A stretch of DNA of 63,932 bases, filler included, from Octopus bimaculoides (GCF_001194135.2; 6 parts of 6 records of this genome joined end to end with filler, not necessarily neighbours in it), one strand, 5' to 3'; positions 26,394 through 38,898 are shown, counted from the first letter of the whole stretch. A program made the numbers and translations. The notes: generated by a model from the sequence alone, not told the origin.

Positions 26394-26926
26394 CACAAAC
26401 GTGTAAAATTCGGCACCATTTACCAAATAATCACAATATATATATATATATAATTCGCATTGAGTATCCTGCTGCATTTACCTGAAATGAAAAAAAATGA
26501 GGAGAGAGTCGTGGCCGGAGCGCTTATATCATAGGTCTGCCCGAGCGGGTTTGACCTACGGTTAAAGAACATCACGTATGGAAAAATTTAAGAGTCACTT
26601 TGGGCTTTCTTTAATCCATGTGTGATGTGTATGGCTTATTTTTCTAGCCTTGCCTTTCTGCCAACACACAAACACGCACGCATATCTATACATAAATGTG
26701 CTTATATATATATATTATATAGACAGATATTGCTTATATACACCCTCACAAATGCTTGTATTTATCACCCAAGGCCGCATCGTGTATAACCTGGATATGC
26801 AGTGTAATGAAATATTCTCGCTACTTCGCTTGTTCACCCACCCAACCAATCCATCTTTTTTTTCTTCTTCTCCCCCTGCAACTGCACCATTTCTTTCATT
26901 CTGTGTTTTCATTTAAAGCTTGTAGG

Positions 26927-27181
26927 TCGATCATTCATTGTCAAGATTAAAATAAATAAATAAGAGAAAAAGCGATATGCAGGTTTGAATAGATGTCGGT
27001 CAATGAGGGTCGGTTTTCGGCTTGACGATGTATCATATTAACGAACAAGTTACATAGCTTTACATATTATACACATGTACAGATGAATAATAAATAATAA
27101 TAAATATATATAAATATATATGTTTGTACGTAGTGTGTGTATTCTGAAGCCAGCAAATAACTATAATCACACGTGTGTGTG

Positions 27182-27232
<51 letters not shown>

Positions 27233-28049
27233 NNNNNNNNNNNNNNNNNNNNNNNNNNNNNNNNNNNNNNNNNNNNNNNNNNNNNNNNNNNNNNNNNNNN
27301 NNNNNNNNNNNNNNNNNNNNNNNNNNNNNNNNNNNNNNNNNNNNNNNNNNNNNNNNNNNNNNNNNNNNNNNNNNNNNNNNNNNNNNNNNNNNNNNNNNNN
27401 NNNNNNNNNNNNNNNNNNNNNNNNNNNNNNNNNNNNNNNNNNNNNNNNNNNNNNNNNNNNNNNNNNNNNNNNNNNNNNNNNNNNNNNNNNNNNNNNNNNN
27501 NNNNNNNNNNNNNNNNNNNNNNNNNNNNNNNNNNNNNNNNNNNNNNNNNNNNNNNNNNNNNNNNNNNNNNNNNNNNNNNNNNNNNNNNNNNNNNNNNNNN
27601 NNNNNNNNNNNNNNNNNNNNNNNNNNNNNNNNNNNNNNNNNNNNNNNNNNNNNNNNNNNNNNNNNNNNNNNNNNNNNNNNNNNNNNNNNNNNNNNNNNNN
27701 NNNNNNNNNNNNNNNNNNNNNNNNNNNNNNNNNNNNNNNNNNNNNNNNNNNNNNNNNNNNNNNNNNNNNTCGATCATTCATTGTCAAGATTAAAATAAAT
27801 AAATAAGAGAAAAAGCGATATGCAGGTTTGAATAGATGTCGGTCAATGAGGGTCGGTTTTCGGCTTGACGATGTATCATATTAACGAACAAGTTACATAG
27901 CTTTACATATTATACACATGTACAGATGAATAATAAATAATAATAAATATATATAAATATATATGTTTGTACGTAGTGTGTGTATTCTGAAGCCAGCAAA
28001 TAACTATAATCACACGTGTGTGTGTATGTATATATATATATATATATAT
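26927..28049. repeat. Near-identical ~280-bp direct duplication flanking an N gap
   Basis: 26927-~27200 recurs from 27770 to ~28049 (offset 843), both ending in (TA)n; probably an unmerged contig overlap. Confidence 0.85.
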
Positions 28050-28535
28050 GCGTCTGTGTATTTATGTATATCTATGTAGTTTGTGTGTGTGTGTGTGTGT
28101 ATATATGTATCAAAGAGAAAGAAATAATCTACTAATGAGATCGGACTCTACTCATAACAAACCTAAACTTAATTTTCCAAATGAAACCCTTAATGAGAGG
28201 AACGGGGGGGGGGGGCAGTGTTTCCTTTTCTTATGTTAATATTGCTAATTAAGGTTCAGTATTTTAATTTTCTTTATCGCAACCACCCCTTTCTCCCTCA
28301 TACGTACATATATGTGTGTGTGTGTGTGTGGATAGAGATAGATTAGGGGTGAGAGCCTTCCAAATATCGATATTATTTCGGTTTTGTGCGTGTATATAGG
28401 CATGTGTTTATATGTGTGTACGTGTGTGTGTATGTATACATACATAAAACAATTACTATCATTAATTGGCAGAAGTTAGAGTGAGTTCAGTGTCCAAAAT
28501 TCCGATTTTCTGTTTGCATCGCCAAATACACACAA

Positions 28536-28626
<91 letters not shown>

Positions 28627-29149
28627 TAAATAAATGGAGGGTATGTGTGCGTATATATATGGAGTATAATATACACACATACATATAGGGTATATATGTA
28701 TGTATATATATACATATAGATACATACATACACACCCTCAAGAAGGTTTAGGGTAAACTAAACAGGTGAGAGTTTACCAGCATTAAAGTCTAAGGATCTG
28801 TATATAAAAATAAAGGGACACGCAGTCGATCAACATATATATATGTATATATGTGTATATATATGTATATATATGCATGTGAGAGAGAGGAAGGTGCAAT
28901 GTCAAGGAATTGTGTTTGTGACAAGGTGAGGGTTAAAAGTAAATGATAATAAAAGAGGTATTAATAATAATAATAATGGCTTTGTAAATCTGTAATATTA
29001 ATAATAATAATAATCATGGGAAAAAGACAAAGGCGAAGGAATATGGCGAAATACGATTAAAAAATGTCAAAACATAAAACCTTAATAGAATCCAACAGAA
29101 GTGAAGCAACTCCAGCAACAACAACAACAATTGCAGCGAATATGATGAA

Positions 29150-29790
29150 GTCGATGGAAGAGCGAGTGATAGTTTAAAAGAGAGGGGGGAATTTGGAGAG
29201 AGAGTAAGAGTTTAATAAGGAGTAAGTGCAAGGTGGAGTATGAGGATGTGTGTGTATGAAATATAGCGAGGTAGGAGGAAGGGTAAGCAATTCTAGGGTG
29301 ATTATGATGGTGGTGTGGTGGTGGTGTTGTAACAGGAGAGTCGAGAGAGGAAGAGTCTTAAAGGGAGGGGGAATATAAGGTAAAGTGAAATAAAGAAAAA
29401 GTGCGAGTGGAAGTATGAGGGTGTTTGTGCATGAAATGTAACGGGGTAGGAGGAAGGGTAAGCGATGCTAGAGTGACGGTGGTGATGTTGTAAGCAGAAA
29501 TATTGTGAGAGAGTGAGTTAGACAGAGGAGGAATATGAGAGAGAGAGATAGAGAGTAACATAGGGAGTGAATTTGAGAGGTAAGAGTATATAAAGTATAG
29601 CGAGGTAGGAGGAAGGATTAGCAATGCATAAAGTAGTGGTGGTGGTGGTGGAAGAGTCGGAAAAGCGGAAGGTAAAGTATTAAAGAGAGGGGAAATGTGA
29701 GCGGGGAAAGAGTAAGAATGCTAGTGCAAGAGGGTGTGCATGTATATACGGAAGTAGGAGGAAGGGCTGGCATTGCGAGAAGTGATATAG
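29150..29790. repeat. Degenerate purine-rich tandem array, ~4 units of 150-175 bp
   Basis: Anchor gtaggaggaagg at 29271, 29446, 29605 and 29754 with similar flanks. Confidence 0.7.
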
Positions 29791-30202
29791 GGTGGTGCAG
29801 TCAAAATTAAAATATGACTGGCAGCGCCACCTTAAAATGCTCTTTGTATAGTAAGCGGCGAAAAAGGATAACTAAGGAAGCGTAACTCTCGACGGTAGTG
29901 GAAATTTTGTTTCTGTAGGATATTTTTTTTGTGGATTTTGTTTTATTTATTTTAAGTATTTCTGCCACTGGAAACGGAACTAATTTTACACTGAAACGTG
30001 TTTGAGTGGGTATATATATATTATGCATCAGAATGTTTTGAAAGCAACGCCTGATCCACTGTATATAAAAGATATATATATATAGTAAACCTGTCTGTCT
30101 GTTTCTCTCTCTCTCTCTGTATATATATATATATATATATACATACACGCGCGCACGCACACATATTTATTTAGTGAATATGTGCAAATATATATTTATA
30201 TA

Positions 30203-30874
30203 TCATCATCATCATCATCATCATCATCATTTAACATCCATTTTCCATGCCAGAATAGGTCGGACGGTTTGACCAAAGCTGGAGATCTGGACCAAGTTCC
30301 AGCCTGATTTCGTTTCCAAGACTGTATGCCATTCTTAATGCCAGCCACTTTACAGAGTGTGCATGGTTACCTTTTATGTGACGTCAGCACAGGTGCATTT
30401 TCATTTGGTTATGGCACGAGTGCCTCTGACGTGGTGCTGGCCTGGGTGTGCCTTTTACATGGCACCAGCTTGGGTGTTTTTTACGTGGCACTGGCATTTA
30501 TATATGAATGACCAGGGGGTTGCACTTAGAAAGTTCTCTGAGGCACAAGTCTGGGTAAGATTGTTTATGGAAGACCAGCAGTCCCCCATGCATACCAGCC
30601 TCCCCTCTCCACACCACCAGTGTTATCCAAGGGAAAGGNNNNNNNNNNCCATGCATACCAGCCTCCCCTCTCCACACCACCAGTGTTATCCAAGGGAAAG
30701 GCAAAGGGGCCGATACAGCTTGGCACCAGTGATGTCACAACTCATTTCTACAGCTGAGTGACATGGAGCAACGTGGAATAAAGTGCCTTGCTCAAAAACA
30801 CAACACAGCCCAGTCCAGGAATCGAACTTACTACTTCATGATTGTGAGTCCAATGCTCTAAACATTGAGCCATG
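30203..30874 (-). mobile_element. Full-length CORE-type SINE with family C tail
   Basis: tRNA head (catggctcaatgtttagagc...agttcgattcc), CORE-like tgagcaaggcactttattccacg, internal tggcac repeats, (GAT)n tail. Confidence 0.85.
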
Positions 30875-31142
30875 ACTATGCACATTGGCCTTTGCCCCTG
30901 CACCCAACCTCTCCCTGTAAAACCTTCCCCAATTCTCTTTTTCCTAATATCCCACCCTCATCTCTTTTCTAACTACACAGCTCTATTCAGCTTTTGTAAT
31001 TTTATGAGAGCAGAACTAAGCATATTTCATCCCCTACCATTTTTCCCCCCCCTAACAGCTGTAGCAGTGATTTGAAACTGGACTGCTAAATTCCTGAACA
31101 TACATCACAACCAAACCACAGTGATTTCACAAGATCAGCCTA

Positions 31143-31282
31143 TTAACCCTTTAGCATTCAAATTATTCTGTTAGATGTAATGCTTATTTAAACAATTGTT
31201 TTGAAATAATCATGCATTATTTTGTAGCTTCGGGATTTTTATGAATTTATTTTTAGATTAACATTGTAGGATAGGTGTGAGT
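31143..31282 (+). mobile_element. Truncated TTAA-type (piggyBac-like) MITE end
   Basis: Begins ttaa-ccctttagcatt; the matching right end is not seen because it is cut by a SINE tail at 31285-31375. Confidence 0.45.
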
Positions 31283-32851
31283 GGAGTGCTCAGCCACTTG
31301 CAGGATAATTTCATAAGTAGGCTGTTCCGTTGATTGGGTCAACTAGAACAATCATCATTGTAACCAGTGGAGTGCTGATAATTATAATGTATCCGTTTGC
31401 AATAATAAAATCTTCTGTTAAGTATTCAATGGTTTTATCAGTTACTTCTTCATGCAACCCCAAAAGACACAATCTTATTCATCACTTCTACCAACTAACC
31501 CCTTCACAACACAGCTATCCCTTTCCTTGGGACCATGCCCTTTTAGTATCCATCTTTCATCTTCAATATTGTCCCTTACTGTTGGGTTGGTGCATAATTA
31601 TTGCGGCTTTTTTTCAACAAATTTTATTCAACGAAAACAGTAACATCATGTAACAAAACCATCTTTTAATGGTTATTCCGGAGCATATTCACCATCTACT
31701 TCAATTGCTTCAATTACTGCTTCCGATTTGCTTGGCAGACGGTCAGACCGTCATTTCAAAAGTCCAGACAATTCACCATCTTTCATTTTACCATTAAATC
31801 ATCGTTTTGTTTGCAACATGTGTTTCTGTATGTGTGTGTGATCCTTTGTTTATTGAGCATTTGTGCGTGTGTATGCTTGCCTATAGAGTGTGTATGGTGT
31901 CTACATGTAGTATATTTTATGTGCGTACAGTGTGTGTGTGTGTTTTTATGTGTGTATAGTGTGTGTGAGAGAGAGAGACTCGTGTGCGTGTGTGCATGTC
32001 GTCAATGGATGTGCAACAGACGAACACAGTGGCTGTTAAAGGGAGATGACTTTTAAAAACCAAAACTTTTCGTAGACGAAATGAAAACTCGACTCCACTG
32101 AATCTGTTGATGGAGTTTGTCTGCAAGATAAATACATAGTGATTAAAATCAGGCAGATAAAATTAAGTTCTGATCACTAAACTCATCTTAAACCTTTCTA
32201 CACGAACTATTTGATGGTGCTGAAGAAGGAGAAGCTAATATATTTAGGACGAAAACGTCAGGAGAATTTTTAGCATATTCCGTTATAAAAATGTTCCAAC
32301 TTCTTCCAGACGGTACAAGAATTAACCCATTGACTGCCAAATTTCTTTATTCCTATTTTTTGGTTTTGCCTGATGACTTTGAAGTTAAAATGATATGTAG
32401 TATTTAAATTTTCTTCATGTGTGAATTATTTTGGAAATTATAATAAATTTTTTCGAAAAGTCCCAAATGGGGAACTCTCTGAAAAAAAAAAAAAAAAAAG
32501 AAGCACATTTATGCTTTTCTATTCAATTGCAATAAATAAACAATTTAGTGTTTTTGAAGCTGTAGTATCAAATGCGAATGTGTATGAAATATCAATGAAG
32601 GATATAAATGGGAAATGCCCCACCCCCCAAGAAAACAAAAAAACAAAACAAAACACGTTTTCAAAATAGTCATCGTTCATAAATTGCGCTTTATGACATA
32701 GAATGTCGTCTAGAATTAGCCAGAGCTGATAGTGACAAACTTAAAACTACTGAATATTGTTAAACACACCCCTGCAAATGAAATTCCCTTTAAATACAAT
32801 GAACAACCGGCAGTGAGACTGTTCTTAGCAGATCCCTACAATGGGGCTCAT

Positions 32852-33220
32852 AGTGGTTAGGGCAGCGGACTGGCGATCATAGGATCGCGGTTTCGATTCC
32901 GAGACCGGGCGTTGTGAGTGTTTATCGAGCGAAAACACCTAAAGCTCCACGAGGCTCCGGCAGGGGATGGTGGCGAACCCTGCTGTACTCTTTCACCACA
33001 ACTTTCTCTCACTCTTATTTCCTGTTTCTGTTGTACCTGTAATTCAAAGGGTCAGCCTTGTCACACACTGTGTCACGCTGAATATCCCCGAGAACTACGT
33101 TAAGGGTATAAGTGTCTGTGGAGTGCTCAGCCACTTGCACGTTAATTTCACGAGCAGGCTGTTCCGTTGATCGGATCAACTGGAACCCTCGACGTCGTCA
33201 CCGACGGAGTGCCAACCATC
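32852..33220 (+). mobile_element. tRNA-derived SINE with 14-bp target site duplication
   Basis: acaatggggctcat at 32838-32851 and 33221-33234; agtggttagggc A-box region, ggtttcgattcc B-box, family E-type tail. Confidence 0.9.
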
Positions 33221-33469
33221 ACAATGGGGCTCATGGCCAGGCGATGGGTTAAAGGTTCTATATCTGTTCATGGTGTTTATTGATACGGCAGCTTAATTTT
33301 ACAACAAATAATGGTTGGCACAAGTCCCTAAATATTTTAGAAACGCTTCTAAAGCAAACTTCATTTGTTTGTTTACGTCCATCGTAATTTGAATTTAATA
33401 ATAATAATGCATTATTTACATATAGAACTGTAATAATATTTACATATAGAAGGGTAATAATATAGAACT

Positions 33470-33683
33470 ATAATAATAATAATATCTCCTATAGGCACAA
33501 GGCCTGGAATTTGGGGGAGGGGGACTAGTCGATTACATCGACCCCAGTACTCAACTGGTACTTAATTTATCAACCCCGAAAGGATGAAAGGCAAAGTCGA
33601 CCCCGGCGGAATTTGAACTCAGAACGTAGCAACGGGAGTAATACCGCTAAGCATTTCGCTCGGCATGCTAATGATTCCACCTT
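33470..33683 (-). mobile_element. SINE family A
   Basis: Reverse complement of the family A body (gaatttgaactcagaacg; aaaggatgaaaggcaaagtcgacc). Confidence 0.9.
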
Positions 33684-34350
33684 AATAACAAGAATGACAA
33701 CGACGACGATTTCAAATTTTCGTCCAAGGCCAGCAATTTTGGGGAAGGGGCTAAATCGTGTACATCGACCCATAAACCTTTGCGAAACCTCATTACAGCC
33801 ACACCAACGGCCATGAAAAAATATGAGGCTTTTCTGTCGCATCCTACACGTCTGCTCGATCACAACTGACCCGGAACTAAATACCTCCTTTCTTCGAAAT
33901 GAATCTGTCTCCTGGTCCCCTGTGTTATGATTGTTCCGTCCGATTGACAACATTCCCCTTCACTCACGCTTACCTCCCAATCTCTCACACAGAAGAGGTC
34001 GAGAACTGTTCGTCCAAGGGAAACAACTCTGTAATCATACTTTCAGTAATAATTTACCTATATGGTAGAGTTATTTCCCTTGCTAATCTATTGCTATTTC
34101 GTTTTAACTTGGAATTGGCAAATCTCTACCGTTCACTCCTTCATGGAATCGTTGATAACTCATCGACCCCCATCATCTAAATCTGAAAATGAAATTAAAA
34201 ACATGAGAAATTCTTGATTTTATAAAATTCCTTCGTTCTTTTGTATCATTACTGCTTTTTAATTAAAAATATTTAAAGAAATTTAATGAAAGTACTTAAC
34301 GAAAATTGATAAAGGACAATAAATATTTAGCGATATTATATTAGCATAAT

Positions 34351-34660
34351 CTGAAGGCACATGGTTCAGTGGTTAGAGTGTCGGGGTTCACAATCATGCA
34401 GTAGTGAGTTCGATTCCCCGACCGGGCTGTGTGTTGTGTTCTTGAGAAAGACACTTTATTCCACGTTGCGCCAGTTCACTCAGCTGTAGAAATGAGTTCT
34501 GATGTCACTGGTGTCAAGCTGTATTGGCCCCTTTGCCTTTCCCTTGGATAACATTGGTGGTCTTCCATAAACAGCCTTGCCCTCACATGCGCTTCAGAAG
34601 GGAACTTTCTAAGTGCGACCCCATGGTCATTCATGACCGAAGGGGAGTGGGGTTTTGACC
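34351..34660 (+). mobile_element. CORE-type SINE (internally deleted)
   Basis: ggttcagtggttagag A-box, gagttcgattcc B-box, ttcttgagaaagacactttattccacg CORE-like block. Confidence 0.85.
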
Positions 34661-34829
34661 CCCTTAACCTAGTTTGAATATTTAATGTGAAATATGTGTT
34701 TGGTGAATACTAGTTAATATATTGCATCAATATTTGGCTGGAACTGAGCGAGTTTTAGCCTTGAATTACCCAGCCCCTCCCAAGATGCAGCATCCTTAAT
34801 GCCATAAGTTGTTTCCGGTATTTATCAAC

Positions 34830-34833
34830 ACCC

Positions 34834-34867
<34 letters not shown>

Positions 34868-34872
34868 TCACC

Positions 34873-34906
<34 letters not shown>

Positions 34907-34950
34907 CCACCACCATCATCATCATCATCATNNNNNNNNNNATCATCACC

Positions 34951-34984
<34 letters not shown>

Positions 34985-35045
34985 CCACCACCATCATCAT
35001 CATCATCATCATCATCACCACCACCATCATCACCATCACCACCGC
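34830..35045. repeat. (CAC/CAT)n compound microsatellite
   Basis: Source of the poly-His and poly-Met artefact ORFs. Confidence 0.95.
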
Positions 35046-35065
35046 CGCCGGTGTCTGTCTGTCTT

Positions 35066-35104
<39 letters not shown>

Positions 35105-36205
35105 CTGTCTCTGTCTGTCTGTCTGTCTGCCTGCCTGTTTGCCTGTCTGTCCGTCCAATCACCCGTTTGTCCGTCCGTCTGCCTGTCTGTCTGTATGTCT
35201 GTCTGCCTGTCAGTCCGTCTGCCTGTCAGTCTGTCTGTCTGTCTATGTATCTATCTATAGGGTAACCATAGGAAAAGGAAAAGCCACGCTTATGAACTTC
35301 ATTGGAAAGTCCAAAACTGGTGGATGGCAAATCTGTGGAGGAAACCGTCCCACCCTTACTACAGAAGGAAGCAGCACATCAAAGTATTGGGTAATCTCCC
35401 CTTGAACTTGAAACGTTATCCGCCAGAGGGCTTGTAACAGAGTGAGCTGCTTGAGTGTCATGTGACATGTGACAGAATGTCACATGACAGATGAAACATT
35501 CTACTATATAACAGATACAGGCAACCTCTTCACCTTCCGCCTATCAAATTCCGAGCTCAAGTCTCAGGCCGACCCGATGTTACGATGAAATGCACTTGGT
35601 CTTGATACCGCGCTGAAGAATCGATCTGTGAAACACGTGATTACCAGGCAAATGTCTTAGTCTGACGGTCATTGAAGAACGACTATATCATGCTCTTATC
35701 TCGTTCTGTTTTCAACTTGAAGTGTCTGTCTGAATGTCTAATCTCATATCCTTTCTGTTCTGCTATCGATACAATATCTTGCGATTACCTCACAAATCAG
35801 AAATCGATATTCTAGAGATAAAAAAACAACAACAAAAACACAATAAAGACACAAAAAAAATCATTGAAGATTCTCAACAAATTTTAGCATTCTAACATAT
35901 TTATGGCTTCGATAGATCTGGTGTTGCTGTTGTTGTAGTTGTTCTTGTTGCGTGTATGTGTGTATATATATGTGTAAATATTGTATATGTACATGTATGT
36001 ATATATGTATATATAATGCATTTTGTGGTTTATATCGCAAGCCGCATAAATATGTGTGTCTGCGTAAGTTTCACAATCTATTATCTATCTATCTATATAT
36101 GTGTGTGTTTGTGTACATACGTGTATGTATGTGTATATGTGTGTATATGTATGTATATATATATATACATATATATGCATATGTATATATATGTATGTAT
36201 ATTTG

Positions 36206-36300
<95 letters not shown>

Positions 36301-37081
36301 NNNNNNNNNNNNNNNNNNNNNNNNNNNNNNNNNNNNNNNNNNNNNNNNNNNNNNNNNNNNNNNNNNNNNNNNNNNNNNNNNNNNNNNNNNNNNNNNNNNN
36401 NNNNNNNNNNNNNNNNNNNNNNNNNNNNNNNNNNNNNNNNNNNNNNNNNNNNNNNNNNNNNNNNNNNNNNNNNNNNNNNNNNNNNNNNNNNNNNNNNNNN
36501 NNNNNNNNNNNNNNNNNNNNNNNNNNNNNNNNNNNNNNNNNNNNNNNNNNNNNNNNNNNNNNNNNNNNNNNNNNNNNNNNNNNNNNNNNNNNNNNNNNNN
36601 NNNNNNNNNNNNNNNNNNNNNNNNNNNNNNNNNNNNNNNNNNNNNNNNNNNNNNNNNNNNNNNNNNNNNNNNNNNNNNNNNNNNNNNNNNNNNNNNNNNN
36701 NNNNNNNNNNNNNNNNNNNNNNNNNNNNNNNNNNNNNNNNNNNNNNNNNNNNNNNNNNNNNNNNNNNNNNNNNNNNNNNNNNNNNNNNNNNNNNNNNNNN
36801 NNNNNNNNNNNNNNNNNNNNNNNNNNNNNNNNNNNNNNNNNNNNNNNNNNNNNNNNNNNNNNNNNNNNNNNNNNNNNNNNNNNNNNNNNNNNNNNNNNNN
36901 NNNNNNNNNNNNNNNNNNNNNNNNNNNNNNNNNNNNNNNNNNNNNNNNNNNNNNNNNNAAATTAATAGTTATCGCCAAGCCAACATGGCAGTCCCAAAAT
37001 TAGGACGAAAACTGCCGTGAATTAGCTCCAAGAAGCCATCGCCTCTAGCTAGCTATGTGACACACGAAACCTGTGTCCTTT

Positions 37082-37223
37082 ATAACCTTCGAACAGGGGA
37101 GGTCAGCAGTTTCCCCTTGCTGGTTTGGCATCTGCAGACTAGTTTCAGGGTGTTGCCCCTTGTCAATGCAGAGCAGCCAAGCTCCAGCCAGGCGGCGCTG
37201 CCGACCATCTGTTCGAAGGTTAT
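37082..37223 (-). ncRNA. Rod-like RNA fold with an apical minimal hammerhead (37131-37172)
   Basis: Minus strand TCTGCA-TTGACAA-GGGG[caaca]CCCT-GAAA-CTAG-TC-TGCAGA: 6-bp stem I, palindromic ACTAGT stem III, GUC site, U3/A8 core. Stem I extends through gtttggc/gccaagc and ggtcagcag/ctgccgacc to a perfect 15-bp inverted repeat (37082-37096 / 37209-37223). Confidence 0.75.
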
Positions 37224-37379
37224 TTATCTAATTTCAGTGGAATCTATCCACTGGTTTTCAGAAATAGAGTTATTAATATTTCTAAGTCTCTCTAAAGGAG
37301 ACTATATATATATATACACACACACACATACAAACGTACATACATACATACAGACAGACAGACAAACAAATAGATAAAT

Positions 37380-37465
37380 AGATGCAGGAGTGGTTGTGTG
37401 GTAAGTAGCTTGCTTACCAGCCACATGGTTCCGGATTCAGTCCCACTGCGTGGCACCTTGGACAA
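37380..37465 (+). mobile_element. SINE family B head (truncated)
   Basis: gcaggagtggttgtgtggtaagtagc...cagtcccactgcgtggcaccttgg. Confidence 0.85.
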
Positions 37466-37570
37466 GGATCTTCTAAATGTGTGTGTGTGTGTATGAGTAG
37501 CAACCAGTTTTGTTTTTAAGTTAGAAGAAGTAAAACATTGTCCTTCATCAATTTCCCTTCTGTCAAACTT

Positions 37571-37605
37571 TTCCCTGAGGAAGGGCACTTGTCCGAAACG
37601 TTGGA
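37571..37605 (+). ncRNA. Minimal type I hammerhead ribozyme candidate
   Basis: TCC-CTGAGGA-a-GGGC[actt]GTCC-GAAA-CG-TT-GGA: intact CUGANGA/GAAA, 4-bp stem II with one extra A, palindromic AACGTT stem III, GUU site, 3-bp stem I. Confidence 0.6.
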
Positions 37606-38474
37606 TTAACCTATTGTTGATGGCAAGTTCATTTTAGTTTTTTTGTCTGTTTTACTAAATAATCGAAGTTTTTTCGACGCAGACCGACACTAGTCCTCCC
37701 CTCCTCTCTCCCCCCTCTCCCCCTCNNNNNNNNNNNNNNNNNNNNNNNNNNNNNNNNNNNNNNNNNNNNNNNNNNNNNNNNNNNNNNNNNNNNNNNNNNN
37801 NNNNNNNNNNNNNNNNNNNNNNNNNNNNNNNNNNNNNNNNNNNNNNNNNNNNNNNNNNNNNNNNNNNNNNNNNNNNNNNNNNNNNNNNNNNNNNNNNNNN
37901 NNNNNNNNNNNNNNNNNNNNNNNNNNNNNNNNNNNNNNNNNNNNNNNNNNNNNNNNNNNNNNNNNNNNNNNNNNNNNNNNNNNNNNNNNNNNNNNNNNNN
38001 NNNNNNNNNNNNNNNNNNNNNNNNNNNNNNNNNNNNNNNNNNNNNNNNNNNNNNNNNNNNNNNNNNNNNNNNNNNNNNNNNNNNNNNNNNNNNNNNNNNN
38101 NNNNNNNNNNNNNNNNNNNNNNNNNNNNNNNNNNNNNNNNNNNNNNNNNNNNNNNNNNNNNNNNNNNNNNNNNNNNNNNNNNNNNNNNNNNNNNNNNNNN
38201 NNNNNNNNNNNNNNNNNNNNNNNNNNNNNNNNNNNNNNNNNNNNNNNNNNNNNNNNNNNNNNNNNNNNNNNNNNNNNNNNNNNNNNNNNNNNNNNNNNNN
38301 NNNNNNNNNNNNNNNNNNNNNNNNNNNNNNNNNNNNNNNNNNNNNNNNNNNNNNNNNNNNNNNNNNNNNNNNNNNNNNNNNNNNNNNNNNNNNNNNNNNN
38401 NNNNNNNNNNNNNNNNNNNNNNNNNNNNNNNNNNNNNNNNNNNNNNNNNNNNNNNNNNNNNNNNNNNNNNNNNN

Positions 38475-38517
<43 letters not shown>

Positions 38518-38519
38518 AC

Positions 38520-38559
<40 letters not shown>

Positions 38560-38629
38560 ACAGTAGTAGTAGTAGTAGCAGTCGTGAGATTTGCGTGGGT
38601 GAGGAGGTAGTGTTGTTTCTCTGATTCAG

Positions 38630-38745
38630 TTGTGACGAGAGAGCGACATCTCCTTGACGTTTGGACCGCCATAGTGCGGGGTGGGCGTGGCGCAGATGAG
38701 CGTCCACTTCTTAGAGACAGTCACGTCTTCCAGATCAACGCTGAG
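38630..38745 (+). CDS. Candidate internal coding exon, product unknown (xVTRERHLLDVWTAIVRGGRGADERPLLRDSHVFQINAE)
   Basis: Acceptor tgttgtttctctgattcag|, donor gag|gtcagt, 116 nt with one open frame, GC-rich island among microsatellites. The antisense frame is also open, so the strand is uncertain. Confidence 0.45.
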
Positions 38746-38798
38746 GTCAGTGTATTTGATAGTTGACCCTCTCATCAAGTTGACCCCATCAATTGCGT

Positions 38799-38845
<47 letters not shown>

Positions 38846-38855
38846 NNNNNNNNNN

Positions 38856-38898
<43 letters not shown>

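Noticed and set aside
26927-28049. Tandem duplication around a gap (also 30587-30638 repeated at 30649-30700)
   Set aside because: Essentially identical copies directly flanking N runs indicate unmerged contig overlaps.
32215-32265. CTGAAGA...GAAAACGTCAGG hammerhead-like string
   Set aside because: Neither stem I nor stem II pairs; at best a very decayed remnant.
34809-35405. Long low-complexity ORFs (poly-H, poly-D, poly-S/L/K, YI/CV/HT repeats) throughout the ORF track
   Set aside because: Translations of microsatellites and N gaps.
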